64,000 nucleotides of DNA from contig JAPMXV010000076.1 in NCBI GenBank assembly GCA_026936335.1, positions 1-64,000 on the forward strand, written 5' to 3'. A model generated the notes under the pieces. That model was not told the origin of the DNA and searched no databases. It saw nothing but the letters and a program-made list of their open reading frames with translations. This DNA comes from Mantamonas sphyraenae STR306. Lineage: Eukaryota; Protista; CRuMs. A program made the translations under genes and the position numbers. The first letter of the stretch is position 1. Every line of letters begins with the position of its first letter. Positions 10,341 to 21,679 of the stretch are shown here, piece after piece.

Positions 10341-11761
10341 ATGGACAACACTCCCCCTTCTCAAGACACCCGAGACCCATCCAATGAGTCTCTCCCCTCC
10401 ACTCCCCCCTCCTCGACGCATCGAAAGCGCTCCCGAAATGCGCTTGAGGACGGGTCCGAGATCGCTGATCACGATCAACCCGATGCCGCCCGCCAACGCG
10501 TGCTCGCGGACGAATCACACAGCCGTGGGCCAGCCGACCATGAGCCGACGGCTTCACACCCCACAACGATGACCATTGAATCGGAATTGCCCGAAGAAAG
10601 CCCCGAAGAAACCGAGGAAGACGAAGTGGAGTCGCCCGAAAAAGCGACAACGAGGACGAAAACGACGCGGAAAGCGACGACGCAGACGACGGTCAGGACC
10701 AAAGCATCGATGTTTCCAATTCCCCCTCTCTCGACGACTCCAGGTCGGTCAGCTCTTCAAGCTCTTCCGGCTCCTCAAGCACAAGTGGCACACGCACGAG
10801 TCGTGTAGATCGTCACATCAGTGACGTGTACAACAACACCACGTCCAGCGAGGATGACTTCAACCTCAGGATCCTCACCTTTGACAAGAGGCCAAATGCC
10901 AAGCTCACCACCGCCACAAACGCTGCCAGCAAGCACTTTGACCACCAAGCAGCCGTAGATGTGCTCCTGCTTGGCTTGAATGGTACCTTGGGGCCACCAA
11001 ACGCAAGCACCCTCCTCGCTGAAGACAATGCGTTCCAGCTCGTCTGCATCGAACCATCCCAGGGGCTGTGGCTCCATCGTACCGTCAACAACAGATGGGT
11101 CCTTGTGTCTGAAACACCCGGTCCCCATGCCCCACCTCTGCAGCCCCTCTTTGATTTGGCCTCGCTCGTCAAAGGTGCGGTTCCGTTCACGCGTGACCAG
11201 ACGGCATCCAACGCGTTGGCAAACTGGAATTCCACGTGGAATGCACTCTCCAAAAAGATCAACCTGGACCGCGTCCTGTGCACGATTCGCCGTAAGCTGC
11301 ATGTCAACCTCACCGACAACGTCAAGGCCGCAATCGCCGAAAACACAAACTTGCGCGTCCACACTTTCGCGGTGGAAACGTTCTTCAGCTTCCACGAGGG
11401 CAAGAAATTTGGGAATTACCTGCGTACCACCCGCAAGGAGGTGGAGGCAATTGAACAGCAAGCTGGGCTGCCCATCGGCCTCTTCTTGCACATGGCCACG
11501 CACTCTCGCAAGTCCATTGGGCGCAGATTTCAGAACGTCAGCCATCCACCAGGCTTGACCAACAACCAGCACGGAGAACGATTTGATCACATCACCGTCT
11601 CCAATGCAGGCAAGCAGGTGCTGGAAGCTTTCAAGAGAGCCAATAGCGAATGTGCCGCCAGCACCCCCAGTGAACCCGCCAGCACCAGCACCCCAAGTAC
11701 CCCAACTGAAACCGCCAGCACCAGCACCCGCACACGCGGAAGAAGAAGAAGAGCAGGATGA
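10341..11761 (+). CDS. Uncharacterised two-exon protein (exons 10341-10743 and 10809-11761)
   Basis: A GT..TAG intron at 10744-10808 (65 nt) joins ORF 10341 to ORF 10826 in frame (..P-D-R-H-I-S-D-V-Y-N..). Confidence 0.65.
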
Positions 11762-11947
11762 GCAGCAAAAGGCGAGCTTGCGTCACAGACGACTTCGACA
11801 ACCAATGCAATCATGTCGGTTTTCCACCATGCGCCCCCGCATGCAAGGGTTCAACCACATCACAAAACAACCCAACCCCCAACCCACTGGCCATCAGTGA
11901 GAAGTGCCCCACCAATCCCAATCCATCGGATCACCCCAGCTTCCGCC

Positions 11948-13596
11948 ATGTCCACCGTCGATTACGTATTCGTCACAACATCCCAAGGCTGGTATCAGCT
12001 GAAAGCCACCTCTGCTTCCAACATGCAGCCCTTTCCATCCTCATCCAAACCCACACACACTCGCGCCGCAACAAAGCAAGTGCAAGTCCCAGCCGAGGTT
12101 GCCCAGCGTGTTTTTCCCGGCGCTGGCAATTTCCACCGCCGCAAATTCCCGCAGTTCTCCCTGGAGCGTGCAGAGGGAGACAACGGCCTCGGCACATCGA
12201 CTGTGTCAGCCCAATCGCAATATGGTCTTGATGAGCAGCTGCACACACCGTTTCAACTCGCTGCCGGTTCCCCATTGCCTGCCAGCGCCCTCGCCGCGGC
12301 GGAACAATGGACCCTTTTCCGCACAACCTGGCAGCACCGCTCCTCAACCGACCTTCCCGAGGGATGGGACGCCTCATTTGCCATCAAAGTGCTCCACAGG
12401 GACACAGAAACGCATGCCAAAGCCTGCTTTCTGCGTGACCTCGGCCCGCTCAAGCTGTACGTCAAGCAATGGCTGCGCACAGCAAAGGTGACCAAACACG
12501 CCAACCAGCGCGAAAACCAGCGCTACCAGCTGTGAAGCAATGGAAGAAGGATCTGGACAAGGCTGTGCTTGTTCTGGAGGGCGTCCATCTGCACGTGGTC
12601 ACCCCTGCCTGCAGGGTGGTCTTCCACACGCGTGACCACGTTGTGAAAACGGGCATTCCCGCCAACGAGTGCGTGCATCCCAAGTTCCTTTCGCTCCCAG
12701 GCAGCCAGCCGCGAGGCATTTCTGCTCGACCGTGGTGGCAGATCAGCTCCAAAAGGTACCAGGTGCTGGATGTGGACACACTGCCGACCATGTTCAAGGA
12801 GCTGCTGGATGAACGCCTGCGTGAGGGCAAAGCGCTGCGGGTGGAGAACGACGACGAAGCGCACTGGCTGGCCACCTACCGGGACGTCACTCTGGTGCAC
12901 ACCAGCATGGGACGCACCGTTGTCCTCGACTCCACTTGGACAGTCGATTGTGTCCTTCCTTCCTGGCATGTGTGTCGTGTGCCCATTCCTGGCACAGCCA
13001 ACTTCCGAGATGCAGTCACACGCAGATCGAGCGCCTGCAGCAGCTGCCAGTCCAGCCAGGACGACGACAGCGACAGCAGCAGTGAATGGAGTGAATGGGA
13101 ATCAGACAGTGACTCATTCGATGAAGAGTGGGATTGGGAGGAACAGTGGACCCTGTCGGACGATGGACGCACACTCTGGAGCTGGGGCGACTCGGACGAA
13201 GAGGCGCTGGACGTGGTCGAACGCGTCTTTGACGAATGTCGGCCGACCTTTGCCATGGACGATGCAGACAAGAACTTTGATGTGCCCAAGGCAAGCAGGG
13301 TCAACCACGACTTGGTGGAGCAATTGAGCAGCGAGCTCGGGCTGACGCTGAACGCAACCGTGCGCAAGGCATGGCCAAGCAGAGGTCTGTTTTGGCGTGC
13401 ATTCGTCGGCTACGAGGAACTGGACGACCATTCCGCACACTGTGTGTTGCTGGAGGTGGACACCATGTTGGACAAGGACGCCGTGGCCTGGGTCGTGTGC
13501 ATCGGCCAGTCGTACTTTCTGCTCAACACATCGCTGGAGGTGGTGGAGAGTGCAACCTGGGAGTGGGATGCAAAGGACTTTGTAGAGGCAAAGTGA
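11948..13596 (+). CDS. Uncharacterised protein(s): overlapping ORFs 11813..12535 and 12469..13596, probably one spliced or frameshifted gene
   Basis: Both ORFs read as natural protein. The second has no convincing start. A candidate 50-nt GT..AAG intron at 12488-12537 restores the frame. Confidence 0.5.
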
Positions 13597-14561
13597 GCGT
13601 TGGGGATGATGTTGCACACGCGCGGCAGCAGACACGAGGACAGGGCACGACACGACACGAGACGACACACAACCACGACATCACAAATGGCAACACAGAA
13701 AGCACAGCAGCAGCAGACCACGCATCCATGCGATGTGTCTGTGGCTGCCGTGTGCGTGTTTGCCACCACAGAACGAGCAACGGGGCAGAACGACGATGAC
13801 GGGGGGAATGAGAGGGGCCAAGGGCGTCGACATACGGCACCCAAGGCCCCCCTTACACCCCCATCCGTCGTCCTCCTCCCTTGCGCATCATGAGTTTGCA
13901 TTGCGCCTTCTGAATGGTTTGTACAACGGGGTTTGATCAGGCCTTTCTTGGGTGGTGTCAGCCAGGAAGAGTGTGAGTCCAGGGTGTTTTCACATGCAAA
14001 ACACACCCTGGGCTTGCACTGCATTTCTGGCTGGCAGATCCACGAAAGGCCAGGGCCACACCCCATTGATACACACCTCCAGCTGGGGACCGAAAGCAGC
14101 CTCGCACAAAGACGGGAATGCGTCAGGGGCCGGAATATGCACCGGCGACCGTAGAGGAAGGGAAAAGACAACAACCCCGGTTCCTCTGCGGTCGGTGTGT
14201 GTGTCCATTCCGGCCCTGCGTAGCACCCGGCTTTCTGCGACCTGGTCTCGGTCCACAGTTGAAGAAGCGACGGCGCGATGTACAATTCGGTGCGAATGTG
14301 GCCAAAAAGAGAGACATGTGCGTGTGGTGATGTGTGGGCGTGGGCGTCGACTGGGCGTGGACTGGACTTGGTGTGTGTGTGTGTTGAGCAGCAGCAGCAG
14401 CAGAGAGTGCGTGGGACATCCATGTCGGGGGTAGTTTGCAGGTTCTGCACCGCAACAAAAACCAAATTTCCTGCAAAGTGGGTCCATGACACAATGCCAA
14501 TGGGGATGATGGCTGAGGGAGGACCTGTCCAAGCCAAAGCGGCGCCCAACGAAAAGAAAAA

Positions 14562-16736
14562 ATGGGCCCAAAACACACCATTTTCATGTTCGCCAGCAGC
14601 ACCGCCGGCCACACAGACATGGAGCACACCACGCCACCACCACCACCACCGGCTGCACATCGACACATCTCCATCGACGGGGGCGGGGTCAAGGGAATCG
14701 TGCCGTGCATTCTGCTGCGCGAGGTCCAGCTGCGCAGCAGAGTGAGCGACGTGCGGCAGTTGGCGGATTCCTGGTCAGGAACCTCCATTGGCGGCCTGCT
14801 TTGCCTGGCCCTGAACTACGGCGTGCCGACCACACCCGCAGACACAGACGAAAATGAGCCATCCACAGCCACGCCTGCATTCCGATACTCATTCGAGACG
14901 CCCATCGACGCAGGGCGCTTCTTGTTCACCGAGGCCGGATCCCTTTTTCGGCAGCTGCTGAACGTGGACACGTTTGCCAGCAACTTCCAGGCCGAGGGCT
15001 TGGCCAGGTTCGCCCATCGCAAGTGGGTGCTTGGCCACGAGCCCACTGCACGTGACTATGCACATATGGTTGCCAGTGTGGCGTACTATGCACCGTGGGC
15101 GGCGACGGGGGCCACGGGCAACTGGTTGGGCTCCACGCTTTTGCCAGACAAGCTGACGAGCTGGTGGTCATCGACGCGGGTGGGACGCACAGTGACGGCG
15201 TACACGCCGATGGAATGGGAAACAGGCGTGGAGCAAGACATGGCCATGATTGACAACCTGGCACTGTACGACAAGAGCGACGGGGAGGCGTACGTGCGTG
15301 ATCTGCTGGCCGACCAGTTTCCCGACGGCGGATGCATTGCCTCTGCGTCGTCGGTGTACATCACCGTGTTGGATGCCACAGACATGAACACTCATCTGCT
15401 GGAGTTTGTGGGAAGCAGGCAGGAGCGGATGAAGGGAGGCGATGGGCCTGGGTACGAGGACCAGGGCTACCCGCAGCTGAACCAGACCAAGTACATCCGC
15501 GTGGCGGCCCAAGCCACGTCGGCGGCGTATCCCTTCATTCCGGCGGTGACCATGCGCTGTGGATGTGCGGACCAGTCGTGTGTGGACGACCAACCGTGTC
15601 CTTCCAATGACGACGATCGCCGGTTGCCCACGGACAAGCGTGCCTGGGAGGTGCACGACCGCACTGTGATTCCAAACGGACACAAACTCATCGACGGTGG
15701 CTTCTTTGCCAACAATCCCGTCCTGCCTGCCTTTGCACGTGTCGAACACGCCTTGGACTCGGCCTCGTCCTCAGCCACGGCCACCACGAGCAGCAGCAGC
15801 AGCAGCAGCAGCAGTGCCACGGTGGTAGAGACCGTGGAGGAAAGAGAGGAAACGGAGGACGGGCAGCAGCGTAGGACACCGTCCCCCACGCCCATGGTGG
15901 TGCTGTCCATTGGCTGTGGGGTGGATCGATCCCTGGGTGCAAAGATGTCCAACATGCTCAACACAATGATGGAGGCACGTGAGAGCTGGCGTACCGTGCG
16001 TGAACTGGGACGACACGTGGGCACTCCCGTCGACCAAGGGCCTCCCAATCCCGAACGATCCATCCAACGCATGCGTCTCCACCCGGAATGGGACCGCCTC
16101 ATCGACATGCTTGTGGATGGGCCCCCATCACACACGGCTTCTGGAGACGTGGCTGCATCTTCTACAGAGAGGGATGGCGACGGTGCCACAGACGATGGCC
16201 ATGGCCAGGGTGGTGCCCGTGCAGGTGACAGTGATGAGGACCAAGATGTAGAGCAGATGCAGGTGCGCAACCGTCGCGTGTGGGCGCGGTGGACCCAAGC
16301 AGTGTGGCATGCGGCGCAACAGGCTGGGTTGACCGAGAAGGAAGAGGTTGCACATCGACTGCGTGCCCAACTGCCCTCTGGATTCACAGACAACCAAGCC
16401 CAGATGCGTCTGTTGGCATTGCTCACTGTGGCCTATCTCGAGGTGCGCCATCGTCGCCGTGCCACCCAGGAACAGGCCGCTGGCAGTTTCATCATGGACG
16501 ACGTCGGCGTCGTGGCCGCCCTGCTTGCCGATTCTGTGGCCGGTGGTGGGATGGACGAGGAACAACACACAGAGGACACAGAGGAACACGAGCACGACGG
16601 AGACGGTGAGAAGAAGCAGGAGGACCCGTTTGTGGCATTGGTCCGCACCGAGGTGTTGGCCATGGTGGACTGTGGCGACCAAGAGTGGTGGGACGCGGTG
16701 GATGAAACTGTTCAGTCGGCATTGACGCCAATGTGA
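14562..16736 (+). CDS. Patatin-like phospholipase
   Basis: Gly-rich loop ISIDGGGVKG, nucleophile elbow SGTSIGG (GxSxG), ATSAAYP, and catalytic-Asp motif IDGGFFANNP. Confidence 0.93.
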   Translation: MGPKHTIFMFASSTAGHTDMEHTTPPPPPPAAHRHISIDGGGVKGIVPCILLREVQLRSRVSDVRQLADSWSGTSIGGLLCLALNYGVPTTPADTDENEPSTATPAFRYSFETPIDAGRFLFTEAGSLFRQLLNVDTFASNFQAEGLARFAHRKWVLGHEPTARDYAHMVASVAYYAPWAATGATGNWLGSTLLPDKLTSWWSSTRVGRTVTAYTPMEWETGVEQDMAMIDNLALYDKSDGEAYVRDLLADQFPDGGCIASASSVYITVLDATDMNTHLLEFVGSRQERMKGGDGPGYEDQGYPQLNQTKYIRVAAQATSAAYPFIPAVTMRCGCADQSCVDDQPCPSNDDDRRLPTDKRAWEVHDRTVIPNGHKLIDGGFFANNPVLPAFARVEHALDSASSSATATTSSSSSSSSSATVVETVEEREETEDGQQRRTPSPTPMVVLSIGCGVDRSLGAKMSNMLNTMMEARESWRTVRELGRHVGTPVDQGPPNPERSIQRMRLHPEWDRLIDMLVDGPPSHTASGDVAASSTERDGDGATDDGHGQGGARAGDSDEDQDVEQMQVRNRRVWARWTQAVWHAAQQAGLTEKEEVAHRLRAQLPSGFTDNQAQMRLLALLTVAYLEVRHRRRATQEQAAGSFIMDDVGVVAALLADSVAGGGMDEEQHTEDTEEHEHDGDGEKKQEDPFVALVRTEVLAMVDCGDQEWWDAVDETVQSALTPM

Positions 16737-16887
16737 AGGAGTGGCCATCCAATGAAACCTGTCTCTTCTTGGTCAGACCCACCCCCGTCCACTCGTTGGG
16801 TGATCATCGTGTCCAGGTGTATCGCATGCGTCTCACTCACACCCCTGACATCCTCCTGGTTCATGGGAACCATGAATGGATGGGTTT

Positions 16888-19800
16888 TCATTCTCGGGAA
16901 ATCTCGCCTTCACCACTCGCCTGCTGATTGTCCTTCAGCTCGTCCAGCTGCAGCTGCAGATCCACCACAGCACTTCGCACCTCCTCCACCCACTCCTCCT
17001 CCCCGCCTGATGACGACGATCCCATCCCCTCCAGCCTTGCCATCGTACCATCCAATCTCTTCCTCAGCTCCACCACCTCCGCCTGCGCCATCGCCCCTGC
17101 CCCTCCCTCCACCTGCAGCTCCGTCACCCACCCCAGCACATCCCCGTACTTCCGCCCCAGCAGTTTGATCTTCCTCATCGACTTGTCCAGCCGCTGCTCC
17201 ACTGTCTCCACGCGGTCCTCCATCACCCACTTTCCACGACTCGATTCCCTTTCTCCACGCCTGCAGCTCCCTCCACGCCTCCTCCCCTTCCAACTTCCGT
17301 CCATACAGCAGCACGTGTCCCTGCAACCCGACCTTGTGTACCATGCACGACCCACACGTCTCCTTCTCCACCTCTGCCAACTCCTGCACATCCACGCGCA
17401 GCCAATGCTGTGACCAGTCCATCCGTAGCACCTCCTCCACCTCTCCACTTGCCAAGCACCGGTGACACAGCGGATAGCACCGCAGGTCCCTGCCCAGTCC
17501 ATCACACAGCCCACTCTCCTCGGCCACACTTCGCACAAGTGCCTCCACTTTGCCCATCGTCTCCACAACCCCATCCCAAAAATTGTGCGCCACCACCACG
17601 TCCACATGCCGTGTGTGTGGCTCATGCACAGCCACAATGTGCGGTGCATCCACAGGCCACACGTGCATCCAGTTCACATGCACTAGTTCTGGCTCCAAGA
17701 CCCCGTCTGGGAATGCCTCAATCAGTCGCACCTGCACCAAATTGAACAGTGCAGGTGGCAGCATGTGCCACTTTTCTGCCTGCCATGCCTCGTCCTGTTC
17801 CTCCTCTTCACCATCCTCTCCCTCTCCTTCATGCCCAGTCACCACCCACACAAACCGCCGCCCAATCCGACATGTGTTCCCTGCCATCCAATCCCCAGGC
17901 AGCACCATCTCCACTGTTCGCAGAAACGGAAACACAAGCGTGTCTGTCCCCACACGTGCACACATCTCCACCTCACACAGCAGCTCCAGCAGCACATCCG
18001 CCACCCCATCCTCACCACCACTCCTCCTCCTCCCCACAGCTCCCCATGCAGCTCCCCACCTGCTCCCGCAATCCATCATCCCACTGCACCAGCCCATGGT
18101 GCTTCCCTTCCCCGATCTGCTTCTCTTTGTCCAGCCCTTGCACATGCTCACCGCTCACAAAACCTCCCATCAGCTTTGCCAGCCACACGGGGTCCAGCAC
18201 AACCACCCCTGCCCCTCTGTGCCACACCACCTCCTGCATGTGGTGCAGTTCCTCCAGCGATGAATGAAAGATCCGGCCTGTGCTGCTCGGAAAGTGCTCT
18301 TTCGTCACCCAATACCTCTTGACCAGTTGCATCAGCCTCTGGTCCCGAATCCAAGGTTTTGCAAGCATGCCACTCTCCCGCAGTCCCTGCACATACTTCT
18401 GCAGCTCCACCGTCCCGCGTGGCACCATCCTGTCCTCTGCCAGTGCCACACTCGCCTCCTCCAGACTGCCCAGCAGCCCATCCACATTCCCCTTCCACAC
18501 ATCCCCATCCACCACAAACACTCCCTTCTCTGCATCCATCCGCAGCTGCTCGTACCTCTTGCTCTCCTTCCACCCTTCCACCCACCCTTGCACCATCCCA
18601 CGTGCCTCCTCCCGATCCAACCTCTCCCCCACCTTCACCTTCTCTCCCAGATCTGCATGGGTCACCACAAACCACATCTGCGGCTTCTTCTTCCCTGCCA
18701 CCTTGGGTGCCACCTTGCTCGCCACCATGTCCAACCACACCTCCAGCTCCCCACGTGCTGCCTGCATGTCCACCCTGTGCCCACCTGCCACTGCATCCCA
18801 AGTCACCATCGATGCCACCAGCACAAACACCCCGCCCTGGCCCATTAACAGGTACTGGTGGCCCACCCAGTACTCTGCCTGACCCCCATAGTCACTGATG
18901 CGCACACGCACATCGCCACCCTTCAGATCAAACTCATACACATCCATGCTGTGTGTCGCATCCGTCGTCCTCTCCTCCTTGTCCAGCTTCTGCTTGCGCG
19001 TTCTCCGTCTGAACAACACTCGCCTCCTCTCCTTCCCCGAGCTATTCCGCTTCATCGTGTCAATCAGCGTCGTTTTGCCCTGTCCACCATGTCCAAGCAC
19101 CATCCAATTCACCCATTCCCACGCAGTGTCCATCCGTCGCAGATACTCAATCACCGCCTTCCCTCCTTTCCTCACCACAAACCCAGGCACATCGTCCAAG
19201 GCTTCGTCATGCTCCAGTCGGAGCCACTGCAGCTCTTTCAAGCCACAGATTACCTGTCTGGGCAACACGCTGATGCCAGATCGGCGCAGATCCAGCACAC
19301 ACAGCTCCTGCAACCTCCCAATCTCCTCTGGCAGCTCCGTCACGGCGTCACCCTCTTGCACCAGCACTAGCTCCCGGCAATGGTGATACACACCCTCCAG
19401 TGCTTGCACAAGGCTCTCAGAAGACGAAAACGTGATCGTTGGTCGAAACAACTCCAGAAGTGCGGCACTGTTCTCTTGGATGGCAATGTCCATGGCACTG
19501 GGTTGGTAGCTGTCGTTGGGGGCGGTTGTGCGGATTCGCACCGTGATACAACAGCCACTGACACAGAGCGACATCACCATCGCTTGCAGCGATCGTCAGT
19601 GCGGTGTGGTAGCCACTTGGGCATGTGTTGATGGGAACCCCCCACTCCAGGATCTCCTCCATGGCAGAAGTGTCAGCAAGGCGAGTGGCGGCGAGAAAGG
19701 CCTGCGCTTGCTCCTTGTTGCGGGAGAGGAAGCGGTCAGCACCATCGTCTTCAACCCCAACCAAACGAAGGCAGGCGTGGTTGGATTCCAATGCCTGCGC

Positions 19801-21679
19801 CAGTGCTGTTGCTCCTTCTGCCCCGATGCTGTTGTTGTCGAGGTCCAGCGTCTGCAAGCTGCTGTTCTCACTCAGTGCCTTCCCCAGTGCTGCTGCTCCT
19901 TCTGCACCGATGCTGTTCCAGCCAAGGTCCAGTGTCTGCAAGCTGCTGTTCTCACTCAGTGCCTGTGCCAGTGCTACTGCTCCTTCTGCACCGATGCTGT
20001 TGTTCATGAGGTGCAGTCTCTGCAAGCTGCTGTTCTCACTCAGTGCCTGTGCCAGGGCTGCTGCTCCTTCTGCACCGATGCTGTTGTTCATGAGGTGCAG
20101 TCTCTGCAAGCTGCTGTTCTCACTCAGTGCCTGTGCCAGGGCTGCTGCTCCTTCGTCCCCGATGCTGTTGTGCATGAGGTCCAGTGTCTGCAAGCTGCTG
20201 TTCTCACTCAGTGCCTTTGCCAGTGCTGCTGCTCCTTCTGCACCAATGCTGTTGCCTCTGAGGTGCAGTGTCTGCAAGCTGCTGTTCTCACTCAGTGCCT
20301 TCCCCAGTGCTGCCGCTTCTTCTACTCCGATGCTGTTCCAGCCAAGGTCCAGTGTCTGCAAGCTGCTGTTCTCACTCAGTGCCTGTGCCAGTGCTGCTGC
20401 TCCTTCTGCCCGGATGCTGTTGTGGCTGAAGTCCAGTGTCTGCAAGCTGCTGTTCTCACTCAGTGCCTTTGCCAGTGCTGCTGCTCCTTCTGCACCAATG
20501 CTGTTGCCTCTGAGGTGCAGTGTCTGCAAGCTGCTGTTCTCACTCAGTGCCTTCCCCAGTGCTGCCGCTTCTTCTACTCCGATGCTGTTCCAGCCAAGGT
20601 CCAGTGTCTGCAAGCTGCTGTTCTCACTCAGTGCCTGTGCCAGGGCTGCTGCTCCTTCGTCCCCGATGCTGTTGTGCATGAGGTCCAGTGTCTGCAAGCT
20701 GCTGTTCTCACTCAGCGCCTGTGCCAGTGCTGCTGCCCCTTCTGCCCCGATGCTGTTGTTGTCGAGGTCCAGCGTCTGCAAACTGCTGTTCTCACTCAGT
20801 GCCTTCCCCAGTGCTGCTGCTCCTTCTGCACCGATGCTGTTGCTTCTGAGGTCCAGTGTCTGCAAGCTGCTGTTCTCACTCAGCGCCTGTGCCAGTGCTG
20901 CTGCCCCTTCTGCCCCGATGCTGTTGTTGTCGAGGTCCAGTGTCTGCAAGCTGCTGTTCTCACTCAGTGCCTGTGCCAGTGCTGCTGCTCCTTCTGCCCG
21001 GATGCTGTTGTGGCTGAAGTCCAGTGTCTGCAAGCTGCTGTTCTCACTCAGTGCCTTTGCCAGTGCTGCTGCTCCTTCTGCACCAATGCTGTTGCCTCTG
21101 AGGTGCAGTGTCTGCAAGCTGCTGTTCTCACTCAGTGCCTTCCCCAGTGCTGCCGCTTCTTCTACTCCGATGCTGTTCCAGCCAAGGTCCAGTGTCTGCA
21201 AGCTGCTGTTCTCACTCAGTGCCTGTGCCAGGGCTGCTGCTCCTTCGTCCCCGATGCTGTTGTGCATGAGGTCCAGTGTCTGCAAGCTGCTGTTCTCACT
21301 CAGCGCCTGTGCCAGTGCTGCTGCCCCTTCTGCCCCAATGTAGTTTCTGGTGAGGTCCAGTGTCTGCAAGCTGCGGTTCTGAGCAAGTGCCTCGGCAAGT
21401 GCCACTGCTTCTTTGTCTCCCAGCCTCACATCAGGAAGGTCCAAATCCTGTGTTCGACGTGTCAACACACGTCCCAACCTTTGTACACACACCATCACAC
21501 CCACCCTACCCCCATCCCTCCTTCCCTTCCCCTTGTGCGACGATCAAACGTCACGCTCACCAAACCCTCCCGAATTCATTCCGCTAACTCACCGTTCCCT
21601 GAGCCTCCAAAGCTTCCACAATCTGCCCATCGTCCCCACTCTGCAACAATTCCACCCATTCGTACTTTCCCAAGCCCAT
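16888..21679 (-). CDS. ROCO-family protein: RNI-type LRR x19, ankyrin, LRR, Roc GTPase, COR-like, coiled coil. Interrupted by three +1 frameshifts (assembly error, pseudogene or recoding)
   Basis: Exon 1 at 21679-21593 (MGLGKYEWVELLQ..QGT), intron 21592-21448, then 28-aa LRRs and ankyrin TALTIAA..LLYHGANP. Roc motifs GHGGQGKTT, DYGGQ, THAD; COR-like VVVLDPVWLAKLM. The reading path runs through ORFs 19417..21504, 18012..19580, 16910..18151 and 16888..17649. Confidence 0.85.
19790..21385 (-). repeat. Coding tandem array of 19 x 84-bp LRR units
   Basis: tgcaagctgctgttctcactcagtgcc recurs at an 84-bp period. Confidence 0.97.

Noticed and set aside
19790-21385. CRISPR-like repeat/spacer appearance
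   Set aside because: The period is an exact codon multiple, the variable parts recur and encode LRR residues, the context is eukaryotic, and there are no cas genes.
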